Shown: piece by piece, positions 31,035-32,000 of the stretch
Layout of the letters: each line of letters begins with the position of its first letter
Position numbering within the stretch: the stretch's first letter is position 1
Source: Geobacteraceae bacterium
GTDB lineage: Bacteria; Desulfobacterota; Desulfuromonadia; Geobacterales; Geobacteraceae
DNA length: 32,000 nucleotides
Direction: 5' to 3'
Assembly (NCBI GenBank): GCA_023701365.1
Contig: JAMPXD010000006.1
Location: forward strand, 1-32,000
The notes under the pieces: model-generated
The model's input: the letters and a program-made list of their open reading frames with translations, nothing else
Told to the model about the DNA's origin: nothing
The model's database searches: none
Made by a program: the position numbers and the translations under genes

Positions 31035-32000
31035 TTACATCTTGTGGCAGGAACGACAGAAACTGTGCATGGTGCCGGAATCTTCGTAGGCGTTGAGAAA
31101 TACCGAGGAATTGCTGCCGTGGGGGTTGTGGCAGGAGGCGCAGGTGAAATCCTTGAGCGGGTTGAATGGATCCGGACTACGTCTCAGGGGATGACCGCCT
31201 CCCCCTGAAAAAGTGGTGAGGACGTGGGGCCGGTAGAGGACATCTTCGTGGCATGAGGCGCAGAGGTCACCGGTATCCATTCTCAGGAAAAAGGGTTTGT
31301 CGGCCGCATGGGGATCATGACAGGTCGTGCAATTGCCGGCCGCCGTCGGGCCGTGCTTGAAGTTCTTGTTGCCCCAGCTAGTCTCATGACAGTCCGCGCA
31401 CGACTTGTCATCGGGTTTGATGACCGAGAGCTTCGAATTTGTCGATTTCCCGTCGTGGCAGGTAAGGCAGGACCATACGGCCGCCGGGCCATGGACGAAC
31501 CTGTAGTTGCTGAGGATCTTTTTATGACACATGTAGCAGGGGGAGCGGTCGGGACCATCCTTGGCTTGCCCGCTCTTGGTGAAGTTCAGCTCATGGCAGG
31601 GGGAACATACCTTTTCGCCGGCATCGCCATGGAACAGATATTTCCTGAAGGCCGGGGGGGCGCTGCTGGAGCTCGGTGAAAGGTCCGACCGGTAAAAAAC
31701 CTGGGCGGTTGCCTCCTCCGTCTTCCTGCCGTCCTTGAAACCGGTGACCCTTATCTTGTTCAAGCCGTATGACAGGCGGATACCGTCGTAACAGAGATAG
31801 TAGCGGCTGATCGGTTTTGAAGGCACCGCCTGTTTCCTGTCGTTAACCGATATCTGCACCCCATCGAAGGTGCTTGCCCCCCCTTGCAGGACGACGTTGA
31901 TAATCCCGCTCTCCACGAAGGACCTGTCAGGCGGAAACGCGATGGCGAGATGACCGGCGGTTGTTGCCGCTTCTCCGACTGCAGGGAGAATCGACAGGGA
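31035..32000 (-). CDS. Multihaem c-type cytochrome (at least 8 CXXCH), 5' end truncated by the window edge
   Basis: Eight CXXCH motifs: CSPCH, CYMCH, CLTCH, CADCH, CTTCH, CASCH, CASCH, CRSCH. The reading frame stays open from 31916 to position 32000, so the GTG in the ORF track is probably not the true start. Confidence 0.9.
   Translation of the reverse strand, partial: SLSILPAVGEAATTAGHLAIAFPPDRSFVESGIINVVLQGGASTFDGVQISVNDRKQAVPSKPISRYYLCYDGIRLSYGLNKIRVTGFKDGRKTEEATAQVFYRSDLSPSSSSAPPAFRKYLFHGDAGEKVCSPCHELNFTKSGQAKDGPDRSPCYMCHKKILSNYRFVHGPAAVWSCLTCHDGKSTNSKLSVIKPDDKSCADCHETSWGNKNFKHGPTAAGNCTTCHDPHAADKPFFLRMDTGDLCASCHEDVLYRPHVLTTFSGGGGHPLRRSPDPFNPLKDFTCASCHNPHGSNSSVFLNAYEDSGTMHSFCRSCHKM

Overview
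This is a GC-rich chromosomal window. The gene content suggests a Geobacter/Desulfuromonadales-like deltaproteobacterium (inference from a sigma54 activator, an 8-haem c-type cytochrome and hgcAB). I read it as about 30 real genes. Most long ORFs on the opposite strand of these genes are high-GC artefacts.

Gene order, left to right:
- A minus-strand, probably sigma54-driven operon: PaaK-like aryl-CoA ligase, ACT protein, ketopantoate-reductase-like oxidoreductase, TRAP DctP.
- A roughly 3.8 kb mosaic accessory segment (about 4.2-7.8 kb). It holds twin perfect palindromes, a small DUF5710-like ORF, an iteron-like repeat array, an AT-rich orphan protein whose motifs resemble a proteasome-beta/HslV-type Ntn hydrolase, hicAB, and an AT-rich (apparently foreign) rsgA.
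- A PAS-GAF sigma54 activator, an S1-domain protein and a periplasmic beta-carbonic anhydrase.
- The hgcA-hgcB mercury-methylation pair, at the distal end of a long same-strand cluster: TPR lipoprotein, OppA/B/C-like ABC importer without ATPase genes, and an unknown 174-aa protein.
- A five-gene plus-strand operon: kinase-fold/P-loop fusion protein, small 2-TM protein, SSS-transporter-GAF-PP2C protein, STAS antagonist, RsbW-like kinase.
- lgt, then an orphan, strongly promoted and terminated structured-RNA candidate of about 235 nt.
- DUF4124, HIT, tlyA, a zinc-ribbon protein, rmuC, and a truncated 8-haem cytochrome at the right edge.

Other structure: two different heptanucleotide tandem arrays sit in the opp operon intergenic spacers. 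A 3 x 12 bp array and a CTCTGTG motif cluster sit in other spacers.

Strongest calls: hgcAB (an established system, identified from diagnostic motifs), the transporter-fused partner-switching module, the Ntn-like orphan with its repeat array, and the orphan sRNA unit.

No tRNA, rRNA, CRISPR array, transposase or integrase was recognised. All similarity statements come from reading motifs by eye; no database search was run.
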